Assembly: GCA_965198225.1 (NCBI GenBank)
Contig: CBDAOY010000004.1
Location: 96,001 to 160,000, forward strand
Direction of reading: 5' to 3'
From: Terriglobia bacterium
GTDB lineage: Bacteria; Acidobacteriota; Terriglobia; 20CM-2-55-15
Length of the DNA: 64,000 nt
A program made the translations under genes and the position numbers. This document shows, piece after piece, positions 22,396 through 32,586 of this stretch. Position 1 is the stretch's first letter. The number at the start of each line of letters is the position of its first letter. A model generated the notes under the pieces. That model was given only the letters and a program-made list of their open reading frames with translations. It ran no database searches and was not told where the DNA came from.

Positions 22396-23040
22396 ATGAT
22401 TGTTTTGATCGGTGGCGAGAAGGGCGGCACAGGGAAAACCACGATCGCGACCAATCTGGCCGCGCTGCGTGCCTTGACTGGCAGCGATGTGCTCCTTGTG
22501 GACACGGACCCACAAGGTAGCGCCAGCTATTGGACAACATCTCGGGCCGAGAATGACATCAAACCACGCGTGGCCTGCATTCAGAAGTTTGGGGAGGGTT
22601 TGCAGCAGGAACTACAGGATCTCGCGAACCGATACCAGGACATTATTGTCGACGCCGGCGGCCGAGACTCGGTCGAACTCCGCGCTGCAATGCTCGTAGC
22701 CCATAAGACCTATGTGCCTATTCAAGCGTCACAATTCGATATCTGGACCCTCTCGCAAACGAACGATCTGATAGTTACGGCGCAGGGATTTAACCCCAAT
22801 CTGCGCGCCTGGGTCGTAATCAACCGCGGATCGACCAACCCGTCCGTAAAGGAGATTCCCGAGGCTGTAGAGATCATGGGCGATTTCGAGCACTTGGGCC
22901 TCGCTACCAGTGTCGTTCGCGATCGTATCGCGTACCGCAAGGCGGTGCGTGATGGTCTCTCAGTAGTGGAGATGAAGCCACCGGACGCGAAGGCCAGCCG
23001 CGAAATTAACGCGTTTTATGTGGAGGTCTTCAAACGATGA
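22396..23040 (+). CDS. parA: ParA-family partition ATPase
   Basis: Deviant Walker A GEKGGTGKTT, VDTDPQGS, VDAGG. Confidence 0.92.
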   Translation: MIVLIGGEKGGTGKTTIATNLAALRALTGSDVLLVDTDPQGSASYWTTSRAENDIKPRVACIQKFGEGLQQELQDLANRYQDIIVDAGGRDSVELRAAMLVAHKTYVPIQASQFDIWTLSQTNDLIVTAQGFNPNLRAWVVINRGSTNPSVKEIPEAVEIMGDFEHLGLATSVVRDRIAYRKAVRDGLSVVEMKPPDAKASREINAFYVEVFKR

Positions 23041-23426
23041 CGAGCAAGCTCCGGAGCAAGCCACCCAGTACTAGCGCCGCGGAATTCATAAGCGGCGCGC
23101 ATCAGCGAACTGCGGAAATGGAACAAAATGAAACTCTGCAGCTGCAGGAAAGCCGTCAATCAAAGCCGCGCCGCATGCTAGTCGCGTCAGTTATATCGGC
23201 GCCATGGGAGGATCCTCAGGTGCGGGATGACGTGCTGAAGGTTTACAACCTGCGTTTACCTGAGCCGTATTTGCTCAAGCTAAAGTACATCGCGGCACAC
23301 ACGCCTGACAGCATGCATCAATTCTGTATCGGCGTGCTCTTGCCGGCGATTGACAAGAAAGTTGAGGAGTTGGCCGATTTGAGTGGGGGTGAGAAGATCA
23401 GTACCAGCCGGGGCAAAGATAACTGA
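23037..23426 (+). CDS. Putative ParA partner (ParG-like DNA-binding protein)
   Basis: ATGA-coupled to parA; KVYNLRLPEPYLLKL. Confidence 0.65.
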   Translation: MTSKLRSKPPSTSAAEFISGAHQRTAEMEQNETLQLQESRQSKPRRMLVASVISAPWEDPQVRDDVLKVYNLRLPEPYLLKLKYIAAHTPDSMHQFCIGVLLPAIDKKVEELADLSGGEKISTSRGKDN

Positions 23427-23429
23427 CCG

Positions 23430-24869
23430 GCATCGCTGTGCTCATCGTCTCTACGTAGGGCTCGCAGGAACACTGCCCGAAGCAGGCGCCGCAAGATATT
23501 CACCTGCCGGCACGGCACGGCGGGCGAAGAAGGGCCTTGCGCTGCCGATATCATCACGACGCTGGCACGGCGTGCGTTTCGCCGGCCGTTGACGGATGAG
23601 AATGTCGAGGAGCTGATGAGCGCTTACCAGGAAGGAGCCAACCAGGATTTCGACACGGGGATCCGAATGGCGTTGCAGTTCATCATTGCGAACCCCGAAT
23701 TCGTGTTCCGTGTGGAGCGCACACCCGCCAACGCCGTCGCGGGTGCAAACTATCGCATCAGCGACCTGGAGCTGGCTTCCCGCTTGGCGTTTTTCCTGTG
23801 GAGCAGCCTCCCCGACGACGAACTCATCACCCTGGCCAGCCAGGAACAACTCAAGGATCCGGCGATACTCGAGCAGCAGGTGCGCCGCATGCTGGCCGAC
23901 CCTCGCTCGGAAGCATTGGCGAAAAACTTTGCGGGGCAGTGGCTGCACTTGCGCAACCTCAGGGAATTGCTCCCCGATGTTTACCTCTATGCGGACGCGG
24001 ACCAGAACTTGCTCGAATCGATGCGAAGGGAGACGGAGTTGCTCTTCGACAGCATCGTGCGCGAGAACCGAAGTGTTGTCGATCTGCTGACGGCGGACTA
24101 CACGTTTGTCAATGAGCGTCTCGCGAAACACTACGGGATTCCGAATGTCCTGGGGAATAGATTCCGGCGCGTGAAGCTACAGGATGAGAGCCGTTTTGGA
24201 CTGTTGGGCCAGGGGAGCATTCTGTCGGTAACGTCGTTCTCCAACCGGACCTCCCCCGTGGTGCGTGGCAAGTGGATTCTGGAGGAGATTCTGGGCGTGA
24301 CTGCTCCGATACCTCCTCCCAACGTGCCGCTCCTGGAGGAGAACACCTTGGGCAGAGGCGGTGAACCGCTCAGGCTTCGATCGGTGCGCGACCGTCTGGA
24401 ACAGCACCGCACGAGGGAACCGTGCGCCTCCTGCCATAAAATCATGGATCCGATGGGCCTGGCGTTGGAGAATTTTGACGCGATCGGGGCATGGCGAACC
24501 CACGACAGTGGCTTCCCTGTCGAGGCGGGGAGTGAGTTGGTTGACGGAACCAAAGTAAACAACCCGGCCGACCTGCGGCAGGCACTCCTGAAATACTCTG
24601 ATGCCTATGTCCGGAACTTCATCGTAAAGCTGGTGACCTATGCTTTAGGCCGTGAATTCACGTACGTCGACATGCCGGTGGTTCGCGAGATCGAACGGCA
24701 GGCCGCCCGGAACGACAGCCGGTTCACTTCAATCGTCATGGGTATCGTGAACAGCATGCCATTCCAAATGAGAAAGGTGGAGCATCCCTCAGACACGAGT
24801 TCCGCCCCCGCCGCCGCACTGAGTCCGGACGCCGGGAAGCGGAGACACGAGGCCGTTCCCCGCCGTTAG
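23430..24869 (+). pseudogene. DUF1592/DUF1588/DUF1585 protein, 5'-truncated
   Basis: ELASRLAFFLWSSLPD, NFAGQWL, TSPVVRGKW, CASCH; N-terminus missing. Confidence 0.85.
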
Positions 24870-24922
24870 CGGACTCGATTAAACCGAAACAAACGATCCA
24901 AGTACGGAGAGGGTACCAACAG

Positions 24923-26095
24923 ATGTTTATCACGAAGAAGCATATCTCCCGACGCACGGTTCTCCGAGGCATGGGTGCTGCGGCGGCGCTGCCGTTTCTG
25001 GAGTCGATGGTGCCTGCCCAGACACCTTTGCGCAAGACGGCCGCGGCCCGACCGCCCCGCCTCTGCACCATCGAACAGGTTCATGGCGCGGCAGGCAGCA
25101 CGCGGACAGGCCAGAAGCTTCACTACTGGTCGCCCGAAAGAGAAGGCTCCGATTTCGAGTTCACTTCCAGTTTGAAGTCGCTCGAACCTTATCGGGAGTA
25201 CATCACGATCGTTACAAATACGGACCTCGAGAACGCAAGGGCACGGACCTCGAACGAGGAGGGCGCCGATCATACCCGCTCATCGGCGGTGTACTTGACC
25301 GCAGCCCATCCGAAGAAAACGGAGGGAGCGGATTACTTTTGCGGCCCTTCGATCGACCAGATCTACGCGCAGCGGTTCGGCCGGGACACACCGTTGCCGT
25401 CGCTCCAGCTCTGCATCGAGTCCGCGGGTTCCTTGTCGGCTGCCTGCGGGTACGGCTACAGCTGTGTTTACACCGACACCATCTCCTGGTCATCACCGAC
25501 CACTCCGTTACCCATGGAGAGGAATCCGCGCGTGACTTTCGAACGCCTGTTCGGCGGCGGTGGCACATCGGAAGAGCGCGCCACCCGGCTGCGGGAGAAC
25601 GGAAGCATTCTGGACAGGATCGCGCGCTCAGCAGCTCGGCTACAAAGGGAAGTGGGCCCGAACGACCGCAACCGTCTTAACAGTTACCTCGAGAACGTCC
25701 GCGAGATCGAGCGGCGGATTCAGAAGATCGAACGATACAACGCGGAACATGACGGAGAGAGACAGCTGCCGGACGCCCCGATTGGCGTGCCGGACTCGTG
25801 GGCGGAGCATATGAGCCTGATGCTCGATTTGCAGGTACTGGCTTTCATGACGGAGACCACCCGCGTTTCAGCGTTCAAGCTGGCGCGTGACGTTAGTTCG
25901 GCGGTCTACCCGGACAGCGGGGTCTCGATTCCCTTCCACTCGGCTTCGCATCACGGACAAGATCCGAGGAGTATCGCCGAGTTCGCCCGGTTGAATCAGT
26001 ATCATGTCAGTACAGTGGCCCCCTTCATCGAGAAGTTGAAAAACACGCCCGACGGCGACGGCAACCTCTTAGACCACACCTTGGGGTGCATTTAA
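24923..26095 (+). pseudogene. DUF1552 (HXXSHH) protein, 3'-truncated by a mini-Tn3
   Basis: SRRTVLRG Tat-like motif, FHSASHH, breaks at GNLLDHT. Confidence 0.85.
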
Positions 26096-26868
26096 ACAAA
26101 GGTACCAAATCCGTCATAGCGATCACGGTTAACCTTTGCTGCCTCTAGCGTTTGCGCCGAAATTCATACTCCCAGTTTCAACCCACCTCGAAGTGACGGA
26201 TTTTGGGCACCTCCAGACCGACCGAATCTTGCAGCTTCTCGGCCGCGAAATCGTACTCGCCGTGCAGGTTGATGTGCTGCCGGGCAACGACCGATCCGGA
26301 GGCGACTCGAGGGCTTCCTTCTCGTTCGCAGTTCGAATGCTCATCCGTGCCAGTTCATGTCTCCCTACCCACCCGAGCACGCGCCAGGCGGGATCCTGTT
26401 TCGGCAGTCTGAGGGTGACACATAGGGTTTCCAGAGATTTCTGCTGACACTGAGCGCGAAAAACCGGGCTTTCAGCAGCTTGAGATTACTGCCAACTAGA
26501 CTGTCCACCGTGTCGCTTTCGAACAGATGGAAAAAGCGATATTCGACGGCACGATCAAGACGGTCATCGTCTGGAAACTCGACCGAATCTCGCGTCGACT
26601 TCAAGACGGCATCAATCTGATCGCCGATTGGGGCGAGCGCGGCGTGCGCGTTGTTTCGATCACCCAACAGATTGACCTCAGCGGTCCCGGTGGGCCGGAT
26701 GGTAGCCCGGAGATCGTCAATGCACTCGCTGTCAGCGAAAGGACCGTATTCCGATATTTGACCCAGGTGCCCCGCTCCTGCTTCCAGCCCTCGACCTGAG
26801 TGCCTAGTAGCCTCGCAATTCGGACCGATTTCTATGACGGATTTGGTACCTTTGTTTAATTGCACCCC
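26083..26868. mobile_element. Non-autonomous Tn3-family mini-element with a resolvase remnant
   Basis: 37-bp IRs GGGGTGCATTTAAACAAAGGTACCAAATCCGTCATAG / CTATGACGGATTTGGTACCTTTGTTTAATTGCACCCC; VIVWKLDRISR at 26527-26799. Confidence 0.88.
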
Positions 26869-26930
26869 AGATTGTTTGGTTCCCCTCAGTTTCCAGCTGG
26901 ACGCTCAAGCCGCCGGGGGGAGCAACGCTG

Positions 26931-29637
26931 TTAATCTAGGAGCGTCGTCTGGTCGAGTTCAGGTTCCGGCCGGTGGCCGCCGCCGGTGGTCGGCACCGGA
27001 TCGATCGCGGCATCCTCGTCCGCCAGTTGGACGTGTATCGCAGCCTTCTTCTCAACCCGGTAGCTGTCCATGTCGATGGACTCAAGGATGCCCTTGGACA
27101 GATCCTCTTCCACGGGAGCGGGAAGCTTTGGAACAAGGAAGTTGAGGAAGATCGAGAGCTTCTCCCACTCGGCGTTCGTATAAGGCAGGATCGAGGCGAG
27201 GAAGCCGTACGCGCGCATGAACGCCTTGGCCTTGCCCTTGAAGTCCAGCTGCCCGTCCTCATCGAGTTGTCCCTTGTAGGCCGCGACGCAGGCATCAAGG
27301 ATGGGGTCGAGCCGGTCGCGGTCGGACCCTCCCAGGTAGAGCGTCACGAGCCGGTCGATCTCCGCGTCGGCATACACCTGATAGGCGTCGAGCGCGGCCT
27401 TGAGGTCGTGCAGCTTGTTGGGGTCGGTCTCCTCGCTGAGGATCGTCGTCCGGTAGTAGTCGGCGAACGCCTCTTGGATGGTATCGGCGTCGTTCATGAA
27501 GTCGAGGACAAACACGTCGTGTTTCTTCGGGTGTGCCCTGTTGAGACGCGACAGCGTCTGCACGGCCTTGATCCCGGACAAGATCTTGTCCACGTACATG
27601 GTGTGCAATAGCGGCTCGTCGTACCCGGTCTGGAACTTGTCGGCGCAAATCAGGAACCGATACGGGTCCCGCTGGATCGCATCGGCGATCCGCCCGGACC
27701 GGAAGCCGTTGAGGGACGCCTCACTGGTCTTCACCCCGCCTAAATCGTGTTCGCCCGAGAAGGCGGCAATGGCCTGGTACGGGCTTTTGCGCTCCAGCAG
27801 GTACTGCCGGATCGCGTGGTAATACTGGACCGCGCGCTCGATGCCGCTCGTCACCACCATGGCGCGGGCCTTGCCGCCGATCTTTTTGAGCGCCAGCACC
27901 TGTTCGTGAAAATGGTCCACCATGATCTCGGCCTTGAGCCGGATGGCATACTCGTGGCTCTCCACGTAGCGCCGCAGCTTCTTCCGGGCGCGTTTGGTGT
28001 CGAACTCAGGATCGCCCTCGATCTTCTTGATGAGCTTGTAGTAGCTCTCGATCGGCGTGTAGTGCCGCAGCACATCCAGGATGAAGCCCTCCTGGATCGC
28101 CTGCTTCATGGTGTAACCGTGGAACGGGCGGTGCCGGGTCTGCCCTCCCGCGTCGTACGCCTCGCCGAAGATCTCCAGCGTCTTGTTCTTGGGCGTGGCG
28201 GTGAAGGCGAAGTAGCTCGCATTCCCGAGGAGCTGCCGCGCCTCCATGATGCGGTTGATCTTGTCCTCGGTGGTCTCGTCCTCCTCCCCGGCGCCCGCCT
28301 CGGAAAGCGCCATGCTGACCGCTGCCGAGGTCTTGCCGCCCTGGCTCGAATGCGCCTCGTCGATGATGATGGCGAAGCGCCGGCCCCGCTGCTCGTTCCC
28401 GATCGCGTCGAGAATGAACGGGAACTTCTGCACCGTCGAGATGATGATCTTCTTGCCGCTCTCGATAAGCGCACGGAGGTCACTCGAGTGCTCGGCATGG
28501 CCGACGGTGGCCCCAACTTGGGCGAACTGCTTGATCGTGTCGCGGATCTGCTTGTCGAGGAGGCGCCGGTCGGTGACCACGATGATGGATTCGAACACCG
28601 CGGCGGCGTCCTTCTGGAGCCCGATCAACTGGTGGGCGAGCCAGGCGATGGAGTTGGACTTCCCGCTGCCGGCCGAATGCTGGATAAGATACCGCTTCCC
28701 TGCGCCGTGCCGGCGCGTGTCGGCCAAGAGCCGGCGCACCGCGTCGAGTTGATGGTAGCGCGGCCAGATCTGCACCTTCTTCTTCCTTCCCGTCTGCTCA
28801 TCCTTGGTTACGACGACCTGCGCATAATTCTCCAGGATGTCGGTCAGCCCGTCGCGGCTGAGCAGGCGTGTCCAGAGGTAGTCGGTCTTGAGGCCGTCCG
28901 CGTTGGGGGGGGTTGCCGGCACCGTCGTTCCAGCCCTGGTTAAAGGGCAGGAACCACGAGCCTTTGCCCTTCAGGTGCGTGCAGAACCGCACTTCGTGGT
29001 CGTCCACCGCGAAATGCGCCACCGAGCGGCCGAACTCGAAGAGTTTCTCGCGGGGGTCGCGGTCGCGCTTGTACTGCTCCACGGCGTCCTCGACCGTCTG
29101 CTTGGTGAGGCTGTTCTTCAGCTCGAACGTGGCGACCGGAATGCCGTTGATGAACAGGCCGAGGTCGAGCGCCCGCTGGGTCTCGTCGCGGCTGTAGCGG
29201 AGCTGGCGCGTGACCGAGAAGCGGTTCTGCGTGTAGCGTTCGGCAGCGGAGGGGTTGCCGGGAGACGGTGTGCCATAGAAGAGTTCGACGTGATGCGGCC
29301 CGTCCTTGACCCCCTTGCGGAGCACATCGATGACACCGCGCTTGCTAACCTCGCCCTGCAGCCGGGCCAGGAATTTACGCCGCGTCGGACCCCCTTCGGC
29401 CAACGCCAGCGACTCGGCGGCCTCCGGCTGCGTCGACTTCAGGAACGCCGCGAGCTGGATCCGATCAACACAGAACTCGCGGTCGTAGTCCTGGGGATTG
29501 CCGCAGACCCAGCCTGTTCCGCCATCGCCGCGAGGCGCTTCTACGACGCGGCCTTCTTTCGGCGGATCGCAAGGATGACCGGTGAGCGCCGTGCAGATCA
29601 GGCGTTCCAGTCCTCTCTCGGTGGTATCGGTGGTCAC
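26931..29637 (-). pseudogene. hsdR: Type I restriction enzyme R subunit, +1 frameshift in a C8 run and probably C-terminally truncated
   Basis: FELKN nuclease motif; QHSAGSGKS, DEAH, FTATP, TGYDEP; frames join at 28905-28912. Confidence 0.9.
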
Positions 29638-29650
29638 GCCTCGGCTCTCT

Positions 29651-29968
29651 TCAAATGGCGACCTCCCTCAATTCCCCAGGCTCCATCTCGTTTACCCCAG
29701 CGCTGATGTCGTCGGCCTTCTGCCGGATGAGGGGCCAAGCGGTTGAGAGCAGCACCAGGATGGCGATATTCCTGTTGGCGAGGTATTGCTGGTGCCGGAT
29801 ATTCTGGTCGGTGGTAATCAGGAGGTCATAGTCCTCGTCTTCCGCAGCTTCGAGCAAATCCCCGTTATCGAGGTCGGACCAACCCCGTTCTGCGGCGGTG
29901 TCCACCGAGTGTGCGGCCAGATAGTTGCGGAGCGGCCGCGGAGTGCCTTGATCGAATAGGATCTTCAC
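29651..29968 (-). CDS. DUF5615/PIN-like toxin
   Basis: MKILFDQGTP...LLITTDQNI. Confidence 0.8.
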   Translation of the reverse strand: MKILFDQGTPRPLRNYLAAHSVDTAAERGWSDLDNGDLLEAAEDEDYDLLITTDQNIRHQQYLANRNIAILVLLSTAWPLIRQKADDISAGVNEMEPGELREVAI

Positions 29969-30192
29969 ACGACAGCCGAGTCCGACAGGGACTTCATTTC
30001 GTGCTCAAGAACCGCTTTGACTTGCCACTCCTCTACACCTTGGAACCAGTCCAGGAATTGCTCCGTTGATGCTCCTTCCTTGAGGTTTTCGAATAGAGCA
30101 GATACAGGCACACGAGTTCCTTGAAAGACCCAGGCTCCGCTGAGCTTTTCCGGGCGGCGTTCGACGGCCGGACACGTCTTCCAGTTCGTCAT
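29965..30192 (-). CDS. DUF433 antitoxin
   Basis: PEKLSGAWVFQGTRVPVSALFENL. Confidence 0.85.
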   Translation of the reverse strand: MTNWKTCPAVERRPEKLSGAWVFQGTRVPVSALFENLKEGASTEQFLDWFQGVEEWQVKAVLEHEMKSLSDSAVV

Positions 30193-31649
30193 ACGGTTGC
30201 CTCATTTTTCATTGCAAGTTCCCTTAGTGACTCGATGGTGGTTTCCGGTTCCATCACACTGGTCTCCGCCGCCTGTATCGGCGCATCGAATTCGTCTGCG
30301 AGGGAATCGACTTCAGGCAGTCGCGCCGCCATCTCGCGTACGTCGAGCTTGCCTGTGACGACATCGGAGATCAGCCGGGTGCGGTATTCGCGGAACCGTT
30401 CTATCTGGCGTTTGGTTTTTTCTTGTATACGTACAATTGCTGAAAGTCTTTCTTCGGTCCACCGCACAATCTCTTCTTGCTCACGCTGTGGCGGTAGGAG
30501 AATAGGATAATTCTTCACGTCGTCAAGCGAGAGGCCATCCTTCGTTCCACCGTAAAGACACATCTGGCCATGAGTTTGCCCCACCGTAGAGAGAAGTACA
30601 TAACCAATCCACATCGCGTAAGTCTCTGGCGAAGGTTCGCAACGGGCTACGTGCTGACTAACGTAGGCTTCGCCTAAGTCGTCAGGAGCAACTCCCACCG
30701 ATCCAATATATGCAGTGACCGAAATCAAGACGTCGCCAGCCTTGATGCGCGTTCGACCAGCCTCCGACGTCCCCGGGAGATCCAGCCGCACAATGTCGTT
30801 GAAACGCAATCGCAGCGAACCACGCCTGAGGTTGGTCACTCGGACGAACAAGGGACCGGTGTCTGAAGCATAAGATGACCAGCCTCGGGAGCCTGTCGTA
30901 ACCACTGATACTACATTCCTTAGCCGACACTGCTTCCAATGCCCCGGAACGTCCCCCAGCCACTCCACACCGGAGTCCTTGTAGCCAGGGTACGGCTGGC
31001 CGGTTCGGACGTCGATCTGGCCGGTGACGGCTTGTTGGATGATGGCCTGCTTTTGCTCCTCCAGGAGCGCAATCAGCTTCTGCTTGGCGCGGATGTAGCG
31101 CCGGATGCGCCGGTCGGCGTGGTCGAGATAGCGGACGATGGCGGCTTGCTCGGGGAGGGGTGGAAGCGCGACGGCCATTCCACCCATGAACTGCCAGTCA
31201 GCGCGAGGCATCTTCGCCCCGAAGGTAGAGCTGTTGACTGCGTCAATGGTCTGTTTTGAGCGAAGCAATTGCTCCATATAGGGAGCAGTGACGTTGGAAT
31301 GGCGCGGCCGAAGGACCAAGAACTCCCCGACGCAAACACCGTCACTAGTCGGCTTAGTCACCTTTGCGAGATACGGACGCAGTTTCCCGAAGAGGACATC
31401 TCCAGATCGAAAGTACTTCACCTGACTATCGAATGTGACATCTAGACCAGCATGTCTGAGGCGACCAGTCCAGCTTTCGACGTGTTCCAGGGCGACGTAG
31501 AGGTCGGCACCTTGCCGTTCGCTGGTTTGCTCCACGATGTTGTTCATCGCCGACTTGAGTCGCTCGGTTGTCCAGTGCTCCGGCACGTCCCCCAGCCACT
31601 CCACACCCGAGTCCTTCATGGCGGGATAGGGCTTGATGTCGGCGATCAT
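30189..31649 (-). CDS. hsdS: Type I RM specificity subunit
   Basis: Two KDSGVEWLGDVP repeats, PPLPEQ, two target recognition domains. Confidence 0.93.
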   Translation of the reverse strand: MIADIKPYPAMKDSGVEWLGDVPEHWTTERLKSAMNNIVEQTSERQGADLYVALEHVESWTGRLRHAGLDVTFDSQVKYFRSGDVLFGKLRPYLAKVTKPTSDGVCVGEFLVLRPRHSNVTAPYMEQLLRSKQTIDAVNSSTFGAKMPRADWQFMGGMAVALPPLPEQAAIVRYLDHADRRIRRYIRAKQKLIALLEEQKQAIIQQAVTGQIDVRTGQPYPGYKDSGVEWLGDVPGHWKQCRLRNVVSVVTTGSRGWSSYASDTGPLFVRVTNLRRGSLRLRFNDIVRLDLPGTSEAGRTRIKAGDVLISVTAYIGSVGVAPDDLGEAYVSQHVARCEPSPETYAMWIGYVLLSTVGQTHGQMCLYGGTKDGLSLDDVKNYPILLPPQREQEEIVRWTEERLSAIVRIQEKTKRQIERFREYRTRLISDVVTGKLDVREMAARLPEVDSLADEFDAPIQAAETSVMEPETTIESLRELAMKNEATV

Positions 31650-31754
31650 TCCGCAGGATCCTCGGCGACAAGCATCCACACCCGCTTCAGGGGCAACTCC
31701 ACCGGGATCTCCGTCGGGAGGTGTTCATAATTTCGGTAGATGGCTCTCACGAGA

Positions 31755-32010
31755 TCACGGCCTTCGAGCAATCGCACCATGAAGTAGTTCCTGCCTCGAC
31801 TCTGCCAGGTCCACCTTGAGCTTTACAGTGGGGGTTCGCCAGGCGATCGGGTGCCGAACCGGGTAGCCTTGGCAGAACGAGTCTAGGAGGTTCCGAACCT
31901 TGCTCGAATCCCAAACGAAGGACCGCTGAATCTCTGGGATGGCGATCTCGGCTGCCTTGCCCCAGGTAAGGATGGTCTCGATGGGATGCAGGGTGACGGA
32001 GTAAACGTTG
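31755..32010 (-). pseudogene. DUF262 (GmrS-like) N-terminal fragment
   Basis: IAIPEIQRSFVWDSSKVRNLLDS...GYPV. Confidence 0.7.
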
Positions 32011-32127
32011 CATGGACATCGGTTAGCTATCCTCTTCGACAATTTCAGCACGTATGCAGCACGGCCGTTAGGAGACCGGAGTCGTACGCCCCGGCCAAGG
32101 CCCCGTTGACGAAACGCTCCTGTCGGA

Positions 32128-32586
32128 TCAGCACGGTGAGGAGCTTAGCAAGTTGATCAGGAGTCGCTTGTTTGAGAGCCTCCGTAGCTCAAGATCTAGT
32201 GCCTTTCCACGAGGGCCTCGATAGCTCAAGCAGCCTCTGCCCGATGCAGCACGGCCGTTAGGAGACCGGAGGAGGCCCCGTTGACGAAACGCTCCTGTGA
32301 TCAGGAGTCGCTTGTTTGAGAGCCTCCCTCGTAGCTCAAGAGCCTCTGGAGTGCCTTTCCACGAGGGCCAATCAAAGCCGATCACCCAGCCTGCCGCATA
32401 CGCAGCCTCGACGAACTGATCAACGGCTTCAGACAGGGTAGTCGGGTACACCATCTGCTCATCCTGTGTGGCCTCACCCGTCGCATAATTCCGGGTAAAT
32501 TCAAAGCCAGGAGCTTCGAAAACCGGGAGGAAGGCCGCGAGAGCATCGAGGCGCGTTCCGAGTGATTGGGCGTGCTGATCGGTCAT
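32128..32586 (-). pseudogene. DUF6508-like protein with scrambled 3' duplication
   Basis: FVEAAYAAGWVIGFDWPSW; mosaic repeats ~32053-32370. Confidence 0.5.
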
